Source: an uncultured Actinomycetota bacterium (GTDB lineage: Bacteria > Actinomycetota > Nitriliruptoria > Nitriliruptorales > JAHWKO01). From it: a stretch of 46,477 nt of DNA. Both the position numbers and the translations under genes were made by a program. The stretch lies in assembly GCA_964537235.1 (NCBI GenBank), contig CAZHZQ010000003.1, forward strand, positions 1-46,477. The letters are read 5' to 3'. Every line of letters starts with the position of its first letter. Within the stretch, counting starts at the first letter, position 1. Under the pieces are notes generated by a model. That model worked only from the letters and a program-made list of their open reading frames with translations, was not told the origin of the DNA and did not search any database. This document shows positions 45,058 through 46,477 of the stretch, one piece after another.

Positions 45058-46477
45058 GTGTCCTCACGGAGCGACACAGAAGAGAACACCAGCGACGACC
45101 AGCAGACGCTGTTGCTGCTGGACGGGCACAGCCTGGCCTACCGCGCCTTCTACGCGCTGCCGGACAGCCTCCGGACGCAGACCGGCCAGCTGACGAACGC
45201 GGTCTACGGGTTCACGAGCATGCTGATCAAGATGCTGGGCGACCGCTCGCCCGACGGCATCGTCGTGTGCTTCGACAAGGGCCGGGACGTGGTCCGGACG
45301 GAGCAGTACCCGGAGTACAAGGCCGGCCGCGCCGAGACCCCGGACGAGTTCCGCACGCAGCTCGACCTGATCCAAGAGGTCCTCGAGGTGCTGGAGGTCC
45401 CGGTGATCGAGGTGCCCGGTGTCGAGGCCGACGACGTGATCGCGACCCTCGCGGACCGTGCGGTCGACGAGGGGCACCGCGTCGAGATCGTCACCGGCGA
45501 TCGCGATTCGATGCAGCTCGTCACCGACGACATCACGGTCCTCTACACACTCCGGGGCATCACCGAGACCGCCGACATGACCCCGGATGCCGTCGAGGAG
45601 CGCTACGGGATACGTCCAGAGCTGTACCCGGAGTACGCCGCGCTGCGCGGGGACAAATCCGACAACCTGCCCGGCGTTCCGGGCGTCGGCGAGAAGACGG
45701 CCGCGAAGCTCCTGAACGAGTACGGCAGCCTCGAAGGTGTCTACGAGCACATCGACGACGTCGGCGGCAAGGTCCTGCCCGAGAACCTCCGCGAGTGCAA
45801 GGACCAGGTGTTCCTGAACCGGAAGCTCATGCGCCTGCGTCGGGAGGTGGACGTCGCGGCGGATCTCGCGGACCTGCGCATGGGCGAGCCAGACGCCGGG
45901 GACGTGCACCGGCTGTTCGAGACCCTCGAGTTCAACACCCTCTGGGACCGGTTGCGCGACGAGGTGCTCGACGCCCAACAGCAGGCCGAGGCGTCCGGCT
46001 ACGACCGGCAGCCACGGCAGCTCGGCGCCGGCGATCTCGTGGAGTGGCTGGAGGACCTCGAGGGCCCGCTCGCGGTCGTCCCGGTCGTGGAGGGACCGGT
46101 CCCCGACGTCCGCTGGGCGGCCCTCGGTCTGGCGGCACCGGACCGCGACCCGGTCGCCGGGTCTCTGGACGACCTGGCCCGCGAGGACCGTGAGGCCTTG
46201 GCGCGTGCCCTCGCGGACGTGGAGCTCGCCAAGGTGGTGCACGACGTGAAGGCACTGGATCACGCCACGCGGAGCCGGGACTGGGGGCTGGCCGGCGTCA
46301 CGATCGACACGGAGCTCGCCGCCTACCTGGTCACCCCGGACCAGCGCAGCTACGACCTCGAGTCGCTCGCGCTGCAGCACCTCAACCGGACGCTCACCAC
46401 CGAGGAGCCGGAGGACGGGGCGCAGCTGTCCCTCGACGTCGACGCGGCGGAGGGGCGACACGAGGAACGGGCGCTGC
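45058..46477 (+). CDS. polA: DNA polymerase I, 5' part (runs off the window end; absent from the ORF track)
   Basis: GTG 45058 frame reads LLLLDGHSLAYRAFYALP, TNAVYGF, YKAGR, EADDVIATL, IVTGDRD, LRGDKSDNLPGVPGVGEKTA (5'-3' exonuclease domain). Confidence 0.96.
   Translation, partial: MSSRSDTEENTSDDQQTLLLLDGHSLAYRAFYALPDSLRTQTGQLTNAVYGFTSMLIKMLGDRSPDGIVVCFDKGRDVVRTEQYPEYKAGRAETPDEFRTQLDLIQEVLEVLEVPVIEVPGVEADDVIATLADRAVDEGHRVEIVTGDRDSMQLVTDDITVLYTLRGITETADMTPDAVEERYGIRPELYPEYAALRGDKSDNLPGVPGVGEKTAAKLLNEYGSLEGVYEHIDDVGGKVLPENLRECKDQVFLNRKLMRLRREVDVAADLADLRMGEPDAGDVHRLFETLEFNTLWDRLRDEVLDAQQQAEASGYDRQPRQLGAGDLVEWLEDLEGPLAVVPVVEGPVPDVRWAALGLAAPDRDPVAGSLDDLAREDREALARALADVELAKVVHDVKALDHATRSRDWGLAGVTIDTELAAYLVTPDQRSYDLESLALQHLNRTLTTEEPEDGAQLSLDVDAAEGRHEERAL

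Overview
High-GC bacterial chromosome segment; gene content and order point to an actinomycete, probably a deep-branching one (inference). Most of it is housekeeping: aspS(3' part)-rarA-alaS-ruvX-mltG-aroE; hisD-C-B-H-priA-F/hisI-trpE-C-B-A; a sirtuin, tRNA-Leu(CAA), an ANTAR response regulator, a polar amino-acid ABC transporter, a GT87-like glycosyltransferase and the 5' part of polA. Two accessory modules lie between aroE and hisD. (1) 8.5-12.5 kb: roadblock/LC7, DUF4388-like protein, small GTPase and a PilB-type ATPase. (2) 12.7-22.4 kb, the most striking feature: two tandem paralogous cassettes. Each has a secreted S8 (subtilisin-like) peptidase whose C-terminus is a tandem array of one Trp-containing pentapeptide (AANWY in the first, GTNWQ in the second), followed directly by a multi-TM/GAF/PAS histidine kinase. 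A third GAF kinase follows. The two kinases have near-identical H-boxes but divergent membrane sensor domains, and the two peptidase genes share an upstream DNA motif. My hypothesis, untested, is a peptide-signalling (quorum-sensing-like) system in which each protease carries its own multi-copy signal precursor and is paired with a cognate receptor. All family assignments come from motif recognition by eye; no database searches were run.
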